A stretch of DNA of 64,000 nucleotides from an uncultured Melioribacter sp. GTDB lineage: Bacteria; Bacteroidota; Ignavibacteria; Kapaibacteriales; Kapaibacteriaceae. The DNA is taken from the NCBI GenBank assembly GCA_964393485.1, contig CAYMTW010000002.1:9140-73139 (forward strand). Reading direction: 5' to 3'. A program made the translations under genes and the position numbers. The notes beneath the pieces are model-generated. The model was not told the DNA's origin and did no database searches. It was given only the letters and a program-made list of their open reading frames with translations. Of this stretch, positions 30,283-39,481 are shown in pieces (the first letter of the stretch is position 1; every line of letters starts with the position of its first letter).

Positions 30283-30327
30283 GCCCCCTGAAACGCCTTT
30301 TTGGGTATGTCAGGGGGCTGTTTTTTT
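30283..30327 (+). terminator. Putative rho-independent terminator after pepF
   Basis: An 8-bp GC stem (GCCCCCTG 30283-30290 pairing with CAGGGGGC 30311-30318) is followed by TGTTTTTTT. The 20-nt loop is long for an intrinsic terminator. Confidence 0.5.
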
Positions 30328-30388
30328 GATAGCTTTGCCGGTATCGCAATTGGCAATTAGTCTCCATTCACATCATGCGGTTTCGCAT

Positions 30389-33300
30389 ATGAACAATTTT
30401 CAACGGTTTTTCGCTTCCGTGCTCTGCAGCCTCGTGCTCGCCACGACGGTCATGCTCGGCCAGTCGCAGCCACTTACCACCTGGTCCTTGAGCAGCGGGA
30501 ACTACACCTTTACAGACTGGCTCAACACCAATCTTGCAGGTTCCTATCCGAATGCCATGGTGTTCCATACGGTCGCCGAAATCGACATGCCGTCCGATGC
30601 GCCTGTCGTTGGTGACTTCAACTGCGCCTATAACCTTACGAGCGGTGCACGCATCAATGGTTTAGGTACGGGTGGACTTGGCTTCATCAACACTGGAACG
30701 ACGCTCTGTAACTGTCAGTTTGTCGGCGCTGCAGTGCTCTCATTGAACACTGTTGGTCGGGCACAGATCGGTGTGACATGGACATCGTCGGTCAACAGCT
30801 CCGGATCGCGCCCTTATGCGCTGCGCTTGCAGTACCGTCTCAGCACGGTTGGTGCATGGATCAACGTGGTCAACAATAACGTTCCTGTAGAATATGTTGC
30901 TCCGCTTAACACGTCGGGGATCGCCACTCAGCGTATCATCACAACGACACTTCCAACAGTCTGCGAGAACCAGCCAACACTCCAACTCCGGTGGGTGTAT
31001 TTCCAGGCGCCGGTGTTTTCTTCGGGAGGTCGTCCGGGTATCACGTTCGATGATCTGACGGTCTCGTCGCAGTCGACAGTCGGAACAGCGACTAATCTCG
31101 CTATCGAGAACATCGTTCCGTCCGTACCTTCACAAAACACTCCATTCGCTCTTCGTGTCCGTGCTGTTGATGCGCTGGGAGCTGCGAAGAACCTCACAAC
31201 CTCGACCACTGTGCAGGTGCAGGTGAACTCAGGAACAGGTTTTCTGACCGGAACAACGGCTGCAACAATCCCTGCCGGCAGCAGCTTTGTTGACCTAACA
31301 AGCTTGTCGTACACAGCTGCTGAAACGGGTGTACAGTTGCGTGCCGTATCAATTTCGGGTCAAATTCTAACTCAGGGCCTCTCACCGGTACTGACCGTTA
31401 ACGGTCCGCCATCATATGCTCTTGTGACTGGTGCGCAGACGACCGGATATGTCAACGTGCCGTTCAATCCGCTAACCGTGACGGTCTATCGTGCCGATAA
31501 CACCGTCGATCAGAATTACGCCTCGAATATCACCATCAGTCGTCTGTCCGGCCCGGGTTTGGTTACGGGCACGACAACTGTCCAGGCATCTGCCGGCGTT
31601 GCCATTTTCAATAACGTGGCTGTGAGTGCAGCAGGTACATACCAGTTGCTTATTTCCGCACCTGGGGTACCATCGATCACGCTGCCATTTGCAACTGCTG
31701 CGACTACGCCAAGCCTCATCACTGATATTGTCCCTCAGTTCATCAACGCGCGCACTGCATCCGGCACGTGTAATTCGTCAGTGTCGGCATTCCCAATCCC
31801 CGTGTATGCTCGTGTAACGTTCACCAATTTGGCACCCAACACCGTGTATCGGTACAACACCGGACTTGCACTCGATCAAGTTGTGACGTCAACCGGTGGC
31901 GGATTCAATGTCCACTACAATGCCAACGACAACTCCTATTTCTACGCCGCTGGAAAGTCATTGACCAATCCTGGTGAGTTTTCTACCTTTTCCACTCTTC
32001 CTGGTCAGACGTCGAAGACGATCTGGATCAACCTTGTTGCTTCGACGAATGCGGCATTTCAAGAGCTGGGAACGGCCTACTGGCGTGTCTCGCTGGCAGA
32101 CAATGATGGAAATCTCATCAATCGTTATCAGCTAACACAAACATCAACGCCACTTCGTACAGGTGCGTTGACGACGCAGGCAACCGGAATCGCAGACGAT
32201 AACTCGCAGTTGACGGAGCGCAATTTCGTTTTGCTGTATGATAATGCTGCTGGCACAGGTCGCCCACTTTCTATCGCTCTCATCCAGCGTCAAAACACCT
32301 TGGTTGCCGGAGCTGAGACATTCTATGCCACCCGGCAGTCACTGCCTACGTCATGGGCCACGTTCATTCCGAATACGCTGGCAACGGGTGTTCGCCGCAT
32401 TGAAGAGCGCGATGCCATCACTGGCAATATTGTAAATGCCATCACCTCAGTTGACGGCCGCTGGAACAATGTTCAGACGAACCCGTCTGATCTTGTCGCC
32501 TATCCTGCCGGTCCAGGTGGATTTTCGGCACCGATCATCATGCAGACCCCGCGCATCACGGTCTCAGCTCCAGTGTTCGGCGACACACTCTGTGCCGGCT
32601 CGACAGCCGTCGCCCGCTTCGTCGCTCGTGGCATGGCCAATGTAGACGTACAGTTCTCATCGAATAACGGAGCTTCATGGCAATCCATGGGCATCGTTCC
32701 TGCCACTTCAACGGCTGTGAACTGGACTGTTCCAGATATTGAGTTTGCAGGTCAGTGCTTTGTTCGCGTCGTCGGTGTGGATCGTCCCGAAATCAGCGCA
32801 ACATCGCAAATGTTTGCCGTCGCTTCGGCCGTTCGCGTTGTCTCACAACCAGACTCACGTAATCTGTGTGTTGGCGATCGCCTATCACTTGTTGCCGTTA
32901 CCGCTGGCGCTGTTCGTAACTACCAGTGGTTCAAGAACGACGTTGCTATCAACGGAGCAAACGGTCCGTTGCTCGTCATTGACCGCGCTCAGTTCAACAC
33001 AGCCGGTGTTTATCGCTGTGAGCTCTGGGGCTTTGGTCAGTGTGGCAACAGCCGTACAAATGACATCCATGTTCGCGTGGCACGCCCAACAGTGATTGTC
33101 AATCAGACACGCAATGCCCCGGTCAAGATCGGTGGTACGGCGTTCCTTACTGTAGAAGCAGAAGTCCCGAACGAAGCCATCTCCTACCAGTGGTACAAGG
33201 GCCAAACGGCTCTTGCCGATAATGGACGCATTGTCGGTACAAGCTCGAATCGTCTCGAGATCCGCGGTGTGACCAGCAACGACCTTGGGACAGATTATTA

Positions 33301-34450
33301 CTGCGTTGTCACAGGTGTTTGTGGTAGTGCCACATCACGTCAAGCACGTATTCTGACGTCGGGCGTGTTTGTTGATTTCGCCTCAAACAACGTCAGCGTT
33401 TGTGATGGTCAGAAGACCGTGATTTCAGGCAACGCCTATGCAAACCCTGCTTCTGGTGCTCTGCGCCTGCAGTGGTGGTACAAGGGTGCACCGCTCGCTG
33501 ACGGAGGCCGTTACAATGGTGTTCAGACAAACACTCTGACCATTGATCCTGCAACGACGCAGGACGTTGGTGAGTACACGCTTTATGCTGAGCTTGCTGA
33601 TAACAGCAACGTCAATTCAAGCGGAGCTGTGAATCTTGTTGTTGGTGGCGGAACGACGATCACCACACAGCCGGTTAGCACAACCGTCTGCGAAGGCGCT
33701 TCGTTTACCCTCTCGGTTGCTGTTGCCGGCACGGGCACTGCGACGTACCAGTGGACCTTTGACGGAAGTGATCTGGCTGGACAGAATTCTCCTGCGCTGA
33801 CGCTCAGTGCTACAAAGGCTCGTGGCGGTTCGTATGCTGTGCGCATCGTCACGTCCTGCGGAACAGTCACGTCAAACAGCGCAACGATTACTGTTCGCGA
33901 TGCAACCAAGATCACCCAGCAGCCACCAGCAACGGTTGCTGCAACGGTTGGACAGCCACTGAACATCACACTCTCAGCTACAGGATCTGGCACGGTTCAG
34001 TATCAGTGGTTCAAGGATGGAACGTCACTTGCGGGTGAAGTCACTCCAGCCTACGCCAAGGCAGCCTACGCGCTGACAGACGCCGGTAAGTACTGGTGCC
34101 GTGTCCGCTCTGAGTGCGGCGACGTATTCTCGGATACGACCACGGTAACAACCCGTCCGGGTGTTGTTGGTGTGGATGACGAAGACGCTGTGGTTGCCGG
34201 CTATTCGGTTTCGCCGAATCCTGGTTCAGAAGCTATGAGCGCTCGTCTGGTTCTTGCTGCACCTTCGAATGTCGTGATGACGCTTGTCAACCTTACCGGC
34301 GAAACGGTTATCGCGATCGCTGATGCCCGCCTTGCTGCCGGTGAGTATGCCCTGCCGTTCAGCGTTGCGGACCTTGCCGCTGGCTCGTATCAGCTCATCG
34401 CGATGATCAACGGTCAGGCTCAGACTCGTACCGTCGTCGTGGTCAAGTAA
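30389..34450 (+). CDS. Giant secreted cell-surface protein with tandem Ig-like domains and a C-terminal Por/T9SS sorting domain
   Basis: The ATG at 30389 begins MNNFQRFFASVLCSLVLATTVMLGQ (signal peptide). At least five I-set-like Ig repeats with the YQW[FY]K...G.Y.C core occur at about 90-aa spacing. The final ~80 aa (SVSPNPGSEAMSARLVLAAP...GSYQLIAMINGQAQTRTVVVVK) match the T9SS C-terminal-domain pattern. Confidence 0.65.
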   Translation: MNNFQRFFASVLCSLVLATTVMLGQSQPLTTWSLSSGNYTFTDWLNTNLAGSYPNAMVFHTVAEIDMPSDAPVVGDFNCAYNLTSGARINGLGTGGLGFINTGTTLCNCQFVGAAVLSLNTVGRAQIGVTWTSSVNSSGSRPYALRLQYRLSTVGAWINVVNNNVPVEYVAPLNTSGIATQRIITTTLPTVCENQPTLQLRWVYFQAPVFSSGGRPGITFDDLTVSSQSTVGTATNLAIENIVPSVPSQNTPFALRVRAVDALGAAKNLTTSTTVQVQVNSGTGFLTGTTAATIPAGSSFVDLTSLSYTAAETGVQLRAVSISGQILTQGLSPVLTVNGPPSYALVTGAQTTGYVNVPFNPLTVTVYRADNTVDQNYASNITISRLSGPGLVTGTTTVQASAGVAIFNNVAVSAAGTYQLLISAPGVPSITLPFATAATTPSLITDIVPQFINARTASGTCNSSVSAFPIPVYARVTFTNLAPNTVYRYNTGLALDQVVTSTGGGFNVHYNANDNSYFYAAGKSLTNPGEFSTFSTLPGQTSKTIWINLVASTNAAFQELGTAYWRVSLADNDGNLINRYQLTQTSTPLRTGALTTQATGIADDNSQLTERNFVLLYDNAAGTGRPLSIALIQRQNTLVAGAETFYATRQSLPTSWATFIPNTLATGVRRIEERDAITGNIVNAITSVDGRWNNVQTNPSDLVAYPAGPGGFSAPIIMQTPRITVSAPVFGDTLCAGSTAVARFVARGMANVDVQFSSNNGASWQSMGIVPATSTAVNWTVPDIEFAGQCFVRVVGVDRPEISATSQMFAVASAVRVVSQPDSRNLCVGDRLSLVAVTAGAVRNYQWFKNDVAINGANGPLLVIDRAQFNTAGVYRCELWGFGQCGNSRTNDIHVRVARPTVIVNQTRNAPVKIGGTAFLTVEAEVPNEAISYQWYKGQTALADNGRIVGTSSNRLEIRGVTSNDLGTDYYCVVTGVCGSATSRQARILTSGVFVDFASNNVSVCDGQKTVISGNAYANPASGALRLQWWYKGAPLADGGRYNGVQTNTLTIDPATTQDVGEYTLYAELADNSNVNSSGAVNLVVGGGTTITTQPVSTTVCEGASFTLSVAVAGTGTATYQWTFDGSDLAGQNSPALTLSATKARGGSYAVRIVTSCGTVTSNSATITVRDATKITQQPPATVAATVGQPLNITLSATGSGTVQYQWFKDGTSLAGEVTPAYAKAAYALTDAGKYWCRVRSECGDVFSDTTTVTTRPGVVGVDDEDAVVAGYSVSPNPGSEAMSARLVLAAPSNVVMTLVNLTGETVIAIADARLAAGEYALPFSVADLAAGSYQLIAMINGQAQTRTVVVVK

Positions 34451-34493
34451 GCCTTTCCGGCTGTAAGGCCGTCGAAATAGTCTGCGAAACAAG

Positions 34494-34527
34494 AAAAGGG
34501 GTATGCGAAACCGCATGCCCCTTTTTC
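34494..34527 (+). terminator. Rho-independent terminator between the two giant cargo genes
   Basis: A 10-bp stem (GGGGTATGCG pairing with CGCATGCCCC, one G-U pair) with a 4-nt loop (AAAC), flanked by an A-tract upstream and TTTTT downstream. Confidence 0.8.
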
Positions 34528-34561
34528 GTAGAATCGCACCATTCACGCATCCAAGACTTCT

Positions 34562-37500
34562 ATGATCAATTCGCTACGTTCCCTGCTGATCGTCTGCATC
34601 AGCGTGGTTGTCTTCATCCCCTCGCATGCGCAGGAAATGGTCGTCAGCGAGTATCTGAACATGGTCGATCCAACGCTTGAGTGGACCGAGCTCCTTGTAG
34701 TAGCGGATAATCTGAACGCCGTGGGTTGGATCGTTACCGACAATAATACTGGACAGATCACACGTCAGGGTGGACCTCAATTCAAGGACGTTCCGCTGTG
34801 GCGGAATCTTCGGGCCGGAACGATCATAGTTCTTTGGCACCGTGCTTTTCCCGCGGGTTATGTGCAGGACGAAGATCCTGCCGATGGATATCTTGAACTG
34901 TCGGCCCGTGATGCCCGGTACTTTACGACGTATATGTTTGCCCCGGGTGTTGACAATGACATGAACATCAATCAGACGGGTGAGCTCGTTGAACTAATGA
35001 GATCAGATCTGACCCATGTTCACGCGCTTGGCTTCAACAAGCCCACGGGACCGTCATATAACAACATACCGATGCCGAAAGTCAATGTAGACTCGGCAAA
35101 CATCTCCAATTCACGATCTGTACGTGTGTCTGGTCGTACACTCGGGGCCTATGGATTTGGTGTCACGAAGGATTCCGCGGTTGTCGGCTTCAATGATTCG
35201 CGTGGTCTTCCCAACCGTTGGGATCTGCCAAGGACGGCTATCGGACTTGTGAACATCAATCATTGGTTCTGGCGCGAGACTCGTGAGCCCAAGTGGTCAG
35301 GGGCACCCGCGATCAGTCTTCTTTCACAGTCGGCAAATAGCAACACGATCGAATGGACGGCGCTGGATGATCCGAATCCACAGGATTCGACCACCGGCTA
35401 TCTCATCCTGAGAGATACACTCGGGTTCGCAGGCTTCCCGTCTGGCGTGATCCGAGACGGTGCTACGATTGCCAAAGGGGCCAGGATCGGCACCTCGACC
35501 GTGATCGATATCAGGCCCACGAAGCTTGGTCGGCGCCTGGTGGACTCAACAAACATCCTGTGTGGAATGACCTATACCTACCGGGTCTATGGGTACCGCT
35601 ATCGTCGCGATGACCTGCTGTCGGTCACCGATGACACCACAGCCCGTGGACGTCAATACACGGACGGACGCTGGTGTGAGTCGGCGCCCATCACCAAGAG
35701 TAACCCCACCAAGCCCCTTATTCAGGCATCGCGCCTGCAGATCTGTCCCGGGGACACAGTCACCCTTACAACGACCACCACCAACGCCGTTCTGTATGAA
35801 TGGACTGTCAATGGGCTCTCCGTGCCCGTTGGCGGCACGACACGAATTGTGGTCAGAGCTACCGGTGAATACCGCCTTGTCATCAAGGGGGCTGACGGAT
35901 GTTCTGCAATGTCAGATCCTGTTGTCATTTCAGCTCTGCCAGCGCCGTCGGTGGAGATCACACCGACGGGCCTGCAAACGATCTGTCCAGGTGACAGTGT
36001 CAAGATCACGGCCATCACATCGGCGGCTTCGTATGAATGGCTACGAGATGGTGTTGCCATTCCGGGAGCAACGCAGAACACCTACGTTGCGAGACTCGAG
36101 GGCGACTATCAGGTCCGGATCGCAACTGCGGCGGGCTGTCCCGGCATCTCCGCAGCACTGCGCCTGCGGCATCAGAACGTCAAGGCACGGATGTCTCCGA
36201 ATCTAGTGGACTTCGGCACTATTGGACAGTGCAGAGCCGACACCACGGTTGACGTTGAGATCATCAATGAAGGTCTGGCTACGATCACGGTTACCAATGC
36301 GACATTCCCTCCGGGATTTGCCCTAGTCTCGCCGCCACCCGGTTTTCAGGTTGCTGCGGGCAAGCGTCAGTCGGTGCGGCTGGTGTTCTCACCATCCGGG
36401 CCGGGCACGGCCTCCGGAGCAGCATCGTTTCTTGTGCAGCCGTGTTCGACACCGATCCCTTTTACAGTTCGCGGGCAACGCACGGCCGTCTCCGTGGCCT
36501 TGAACAAACCAGGGGTCGACTTTGGCACCTACACGGCATGCCCGACCGGAAACATCCGACCAGATTCATCATTCTGCGTAACGAATTCCGGCACTGAGGC
36601 CATTGTCATCGGAGTTCCGCGGGTGGATCCGCCGTTCTATCTCCTGACGGACTTCCCCAAGCCGGTCACGATCGCGCCGGGTGCGAACTTTTGCATCAGT
36701 ATCATGTATCGCCCCTTGGGAGCGGACCTTGATCGTGGTGTCATTCAGACCATTGGATTCCCCTACTCATCGGCCTCATGTCAGGACACGTTACGTGCAC
36801 GCGTGCAGGGGGCTTCGTATCGTCCAGTACTCGTTGCCGACGAACCGAGCGTTGATGTGGGTGTTGTGCTTACCTGTGCAAAGCGTGTCGATACGGTTGT
36901 CAGTCTGACAAATCAGTCGTTGGTACCAGTCACGGTGTCGAACATCGTGGGTCAAGACGTCACCTACACTGGTGGAACTGTGACGATTCCGGCGAAGACG
37001 TCGAGGCTTTTTTCGATCAGTCTGACGCCATCAGTCGCAACAGGTGCGTTCTCGATCATCGCCAAGGCCGTGCTGCTGCCCTGCAACGATTCGGTACCCG
37101 TCCAGTTTGATGGAGTGATGCTCAATGCCTCGTACACACAGGATCGCGACGAGATCGACTTCGGAACGATCCTGCTGTGTGAGCGAAGCTCCGCTTCGGC
37201 ATCGTTTTCGATCTCAGCACGAGGACTCTCAGGTCTGCGCTCTCGACTGACGTCGATCTCGGTCAGAAGTCCGTTTGTGGTTTCGGTCACCGCCGGACAA
37301 AGCTTCCGCGACTCACTGCGTGTCAATGTCACGTTTACGCCACCTGGGCAGGGGGCATTCATAGACACCATCATCTATTCCATCGATCCGTGCTCGGTGG
37401 CGAGGAACGTCATTGTGCGGGGTGTTGCCGTCGATCCGAAGCGGTCAACATCGATCACCAGCACCGACTTTGGAATGGTCACCGCCGGCAGCTCCGCCCA

Positions 37501-38452
37501 GCGTATGGTGACGGTCACCAACACGGGTACAGCCGACGTGGTTTTGGAAGCTTTGGAGGGCGTTACAGCCCCATTCAGGATCGCAACGCAGCGTCCAGCA
37601 TTGCCCGCGCGTCTCACTCCTGGTCAGAAAGCCGAGATCGACATCGAGTACGTGTTTGCCGACTATGACCGCCGTGATACCATCCGAATGGTCAGTCGCA
37701 CGTCAGGAAGTTGCCCCGACACCACCACAGAAGTGCTTACGGGATCGACGGTCGCGAAAGGCACCGTAACGGGCCTTTCCATTGTGGCACCGATCGATGC
37801 TCGGGCCTTTGCCGGTGAGGCGGTAACGCTGCCGTTTACGCTAACCTCCATTGCTCCGCTGGACTCGCTCGATCTTCGACAGATGACGATCGACCTGGCC
37901 TACGATCCGCGCCTGATGCGTCCTGACGCGGTTACCTCGGGTCTGCCCGGCGCATCGGCATCCATCCAGGAGCTCGTGCCCGGCCGTGCAACTGTTACCA
38001 TCACCTCAACACGTCCGATCGTGGCAGTGAATCCTTTCTTTAGCCTTCGTGCCCGGACCTATGTTGCTGAGCCGGACGTGACGATTCTTGATGTAGATAC
38101 GGCCATTGCCCAGGGGACGATTATCACTGGTCGTGATGGACAGCTGACGGTTCTGCGGGAGTGTGATATCACTGCCGGCTCCGTGTCGATTAAGCGTCCT
38201 GTTGTCTTCCGTGTGCTACGTCAGGATAACAGCGTGCTGCAGATCGAGTTCTCATCAGTGACGTCTGATCTCGTCGATATCATGGTGGCCTCACTGACCG
38301 GTCACGTCACGACCATGCAGGTCAAGCCGTCGTTGGCCGATGAGCTGCATCGCCTTGACGTTTCGATCGATGACTTGCCATCTGGCGCCTATGTGTTACA
38401 CTATCAGCATGGCCGGCACGCACGGTCTATTCCGTTCACGATTGTCCGCTAA
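34562..38452 (+). CDS. Giant secreted protein carrying a lamin-tail-like domain, Ig-like domains, ASH/choice-of-anchor-D-like repeats and a T9SS C-terminal sorting domain
   Basis: Signal peptide MINSLRSLLIVCISVVVFIPSHAQ. The N-terminal segment is LTD-like (EWTELLVVADNLNAVGW). Two Ig-like units follow (LYEWTVNG, SYEWLRDG). At least five repeats follow of the form [VI]DFGT...C....V.I.N.G...[VI] (ASH-like). The C-terminal ~80 aa (VLQIEFSSVTSDLVDIMVASLTGHV...GAYVLHYQHG) is T9SS-CTD-like. Confidence 0.65.
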   Translation: MINSLRSLLIVCISVVVFIPSHAQEMVVSEYLNMVDPTLEWTELLVVADNLNAVGWIVTDNNTGQITRQGGPQFKDVPLWRNLRAGTIIVLWHRAFPAGYVQDEDPADGYLELSARDARYFTTYMFAPGVDNDMNINQTGELVELMRSDLTHVHALGFNKPTGPSYNNIPMPKVNVDSANISNSRSVRVSGRTLGAYGFGVTKDSAVVGFNDSRGLPNRWDLPRTAIGLVNINHWFWRETREPKWSGAPAISLLSQSANSNTIEWTALDDPNPQDSTTGYLILRDTLGFAGFPSGVIRDGATIAKGARIGTSTVIDIRPTKLGRRLVDSTNILCGMTYTYRVYGYRYRRDDLLSVTDDTTARGRQYTDGRWCESAPITKSNPTKPLIQASRLQICPGDTVTLTTTTTNAVLYEWTVNGLSVPVGGTTRIVVRATGEYRLVIKGADGCSAMSDPVVISALPAPSVEITPTGLQTICPGDSVKITAITSAASYEWLRDGVAIPGATQNTYVARLEGDYQVRIATAAGCPGISAALRLRHQNVKARMSPNLVDFGTIGQCRADTTVDVEIINEGLATITVTNATFPPGFALVSPPPGFQVAAGKRQSVRLVFSPSGPGTASGAASFLVQPCSTPIPFTVRGQRTAVSVALNKPGVDFGTYTACPTGNIRPDSSFCVTNSGTEAIVIGVPRVDPPFYLLTDFPKPVTIAPGANFCISIMYRPLGADLDRGVIQTIGFPYSSASCQDTLRARVQGASYRPVLVADEPSVDVGVVLTCAKRVDTVVSLTNQSLVPVTVSNIVGQDVTYTGGTVTIPAKTSRLFSISLTPSVATGAFSIIAKAVLLPCNDSVPVQFDGVMLNASYTQDRDEIDFGTILLCERSSASASFSISARGLSGLRSRLTSISVRSPFVVSVTAGQSFRDSLRVNVTFTPPGQGAFIDTIIYSIDPCSVARNVIVRGVAVDPKRSTSITSTDFGMVTAGSSAQRMVTVTNTGTADVVLEALEGVTAPFRIATQRPALPARLTPGQKAEIDIEYVFADYDRRDTIRMVSRTSGSCPDTTTEVLTGSTVAKGTVTGLSIVAPIDARAFAGEAVTLPFTLTSIAPLDSLDLRQMTIDLAYDPRLMRPDAVTSGLPGASASIQELVPGRATVTITSTRPIVAVNPFFSLRARTYVAEPDVTILDVDTAIAQGTIITGRDGQLTVLRECDITAGSVSIKRPVVFRVLRQDNSVLQIEFSSVTSDLVDIMVASLTGHVTTMQVKPSLADELHRLDVSIDDLPSGAYVLHYQHGRHARSIPFTIVR

Positions 38453-38497
38453 GGTGTCGATCGAGCCTGGCAGACCACACCAACCATCGAGGAAGTT

Positions 38498-39481
38498 TTG
38501 AAGGTTCTTGTCACCGGTGCTACCGGATTCGTCGGAAGTCACGTCGTTGATTCGTTGCTTGAGCAGGGGCACACTGTCTTCTACATCGCGCGATCGACGT
38601 CTACCATGCGCTGGCTTGAAGGCAAAGACGTAACACGCGTTGATGGATCCCTTTTCGATGTTGAATCACTTCGGCATGCTGTATCTGGCATGGATGTGGT
38701 GATTCACGTCGCTGGCCTTACGGCGGCCAAGAACGAGCAGGAGTTTCATCGCGGAAACTTCGAGGCAACGCGCAATCTCCTTGATGCCGTGCGCGCATAC
38801 AATCCCGGGCTTTGCAGGTTCCTCCATGTGTCATCACTTGCAGTGGTGGGTCCGTCGGCTTCGATCGATGCACCGGTTGATGAGACCTCGCCGCTGCGGC
38901 CGATAACGGCCTATGGCCGCACGAAGAAGCTCGCCGAAGATGCCGTACGTCAGGCAATCGATATCCCCTCGACCATCGTCCGTCCTCCGGCTGTTTATGG
39001 ACCTCGTGACGAAGCGATCCTTACATTTTTTCAAACAGTTGGCAAGGGGCTGGCAACCTACATTGGTTTTGGCCACAAGAGCGTCAGTCTGGTCCACGTG
39101 CGCGATCTGGCCCGTGGGATCGTCATGGCCGCCATGGACGAACGCGCCGTCGGCCAGACCTACTTCATCTCTTCGGATGAGTTCTATACCTGGCCGCAGA
39201 TTGCCGCCATGACCGGCGCGGTCATGGGCAAGCGTCGCTTGATCCCGATCCGACTTCCCCACATTGCCGTGCTATTCATCGCTGGCATTTCGGGGTTCTT
39301 TGGCAAGCTCTCCGGAAAGCCCCCTGTCCTTGATTTCGAAAAGGGGCGAGACCTGATCCAGGAGTACTGGATCTGCAGCACGCAGAAGGCCCGCAACGAG
39401 ATTGGCTATAAGCAGCAGGTGTCCTTGCAGGAAGGCATCAGCGAAACTGTTTCCTGGTATCGTCAGCAGCGCTGGCTATGA
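38498..39481 (+). CDS. NAD-dependent epimerase/dehydratase family protein (extended SDR). TTG start.
   Basis: The N-terminal Rossmann motif MKVLVTGATGFVGSHVV is present. GAGG lies 5 nt upstream of the TTG. The catalytic YxxxK region is present. Confidence 0.75.
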   Translation: MKVLVTGATGFVGSHVVDSLLEQGHTVFYIARSTSTMRWLEGKDVTRVDGSLFDVESLRHAVSGMDVVIHVAGLTAAKNEQEFHRGNFEATRNLLDAVRAYNPGLCRFLHVSSLAVVGPSASIDAPVDETSPLRPITAYGRTKKLAEDAVRQAIDIPSTIVRPPAVYGPRDEAILTFFQTVGKGLATYIGFGHKSVSLVHVRDLARGIVMAAMDERAVGQTYFISSDEFYTWPQIAAMTGAVMGKRRLIPIRLPHIAVLFIAGISGFFGKLSGKPPVLDFEKGRDLIQEYWICSTQKARNEIGYKQQVSLQEGISETVSWYRQQRWL

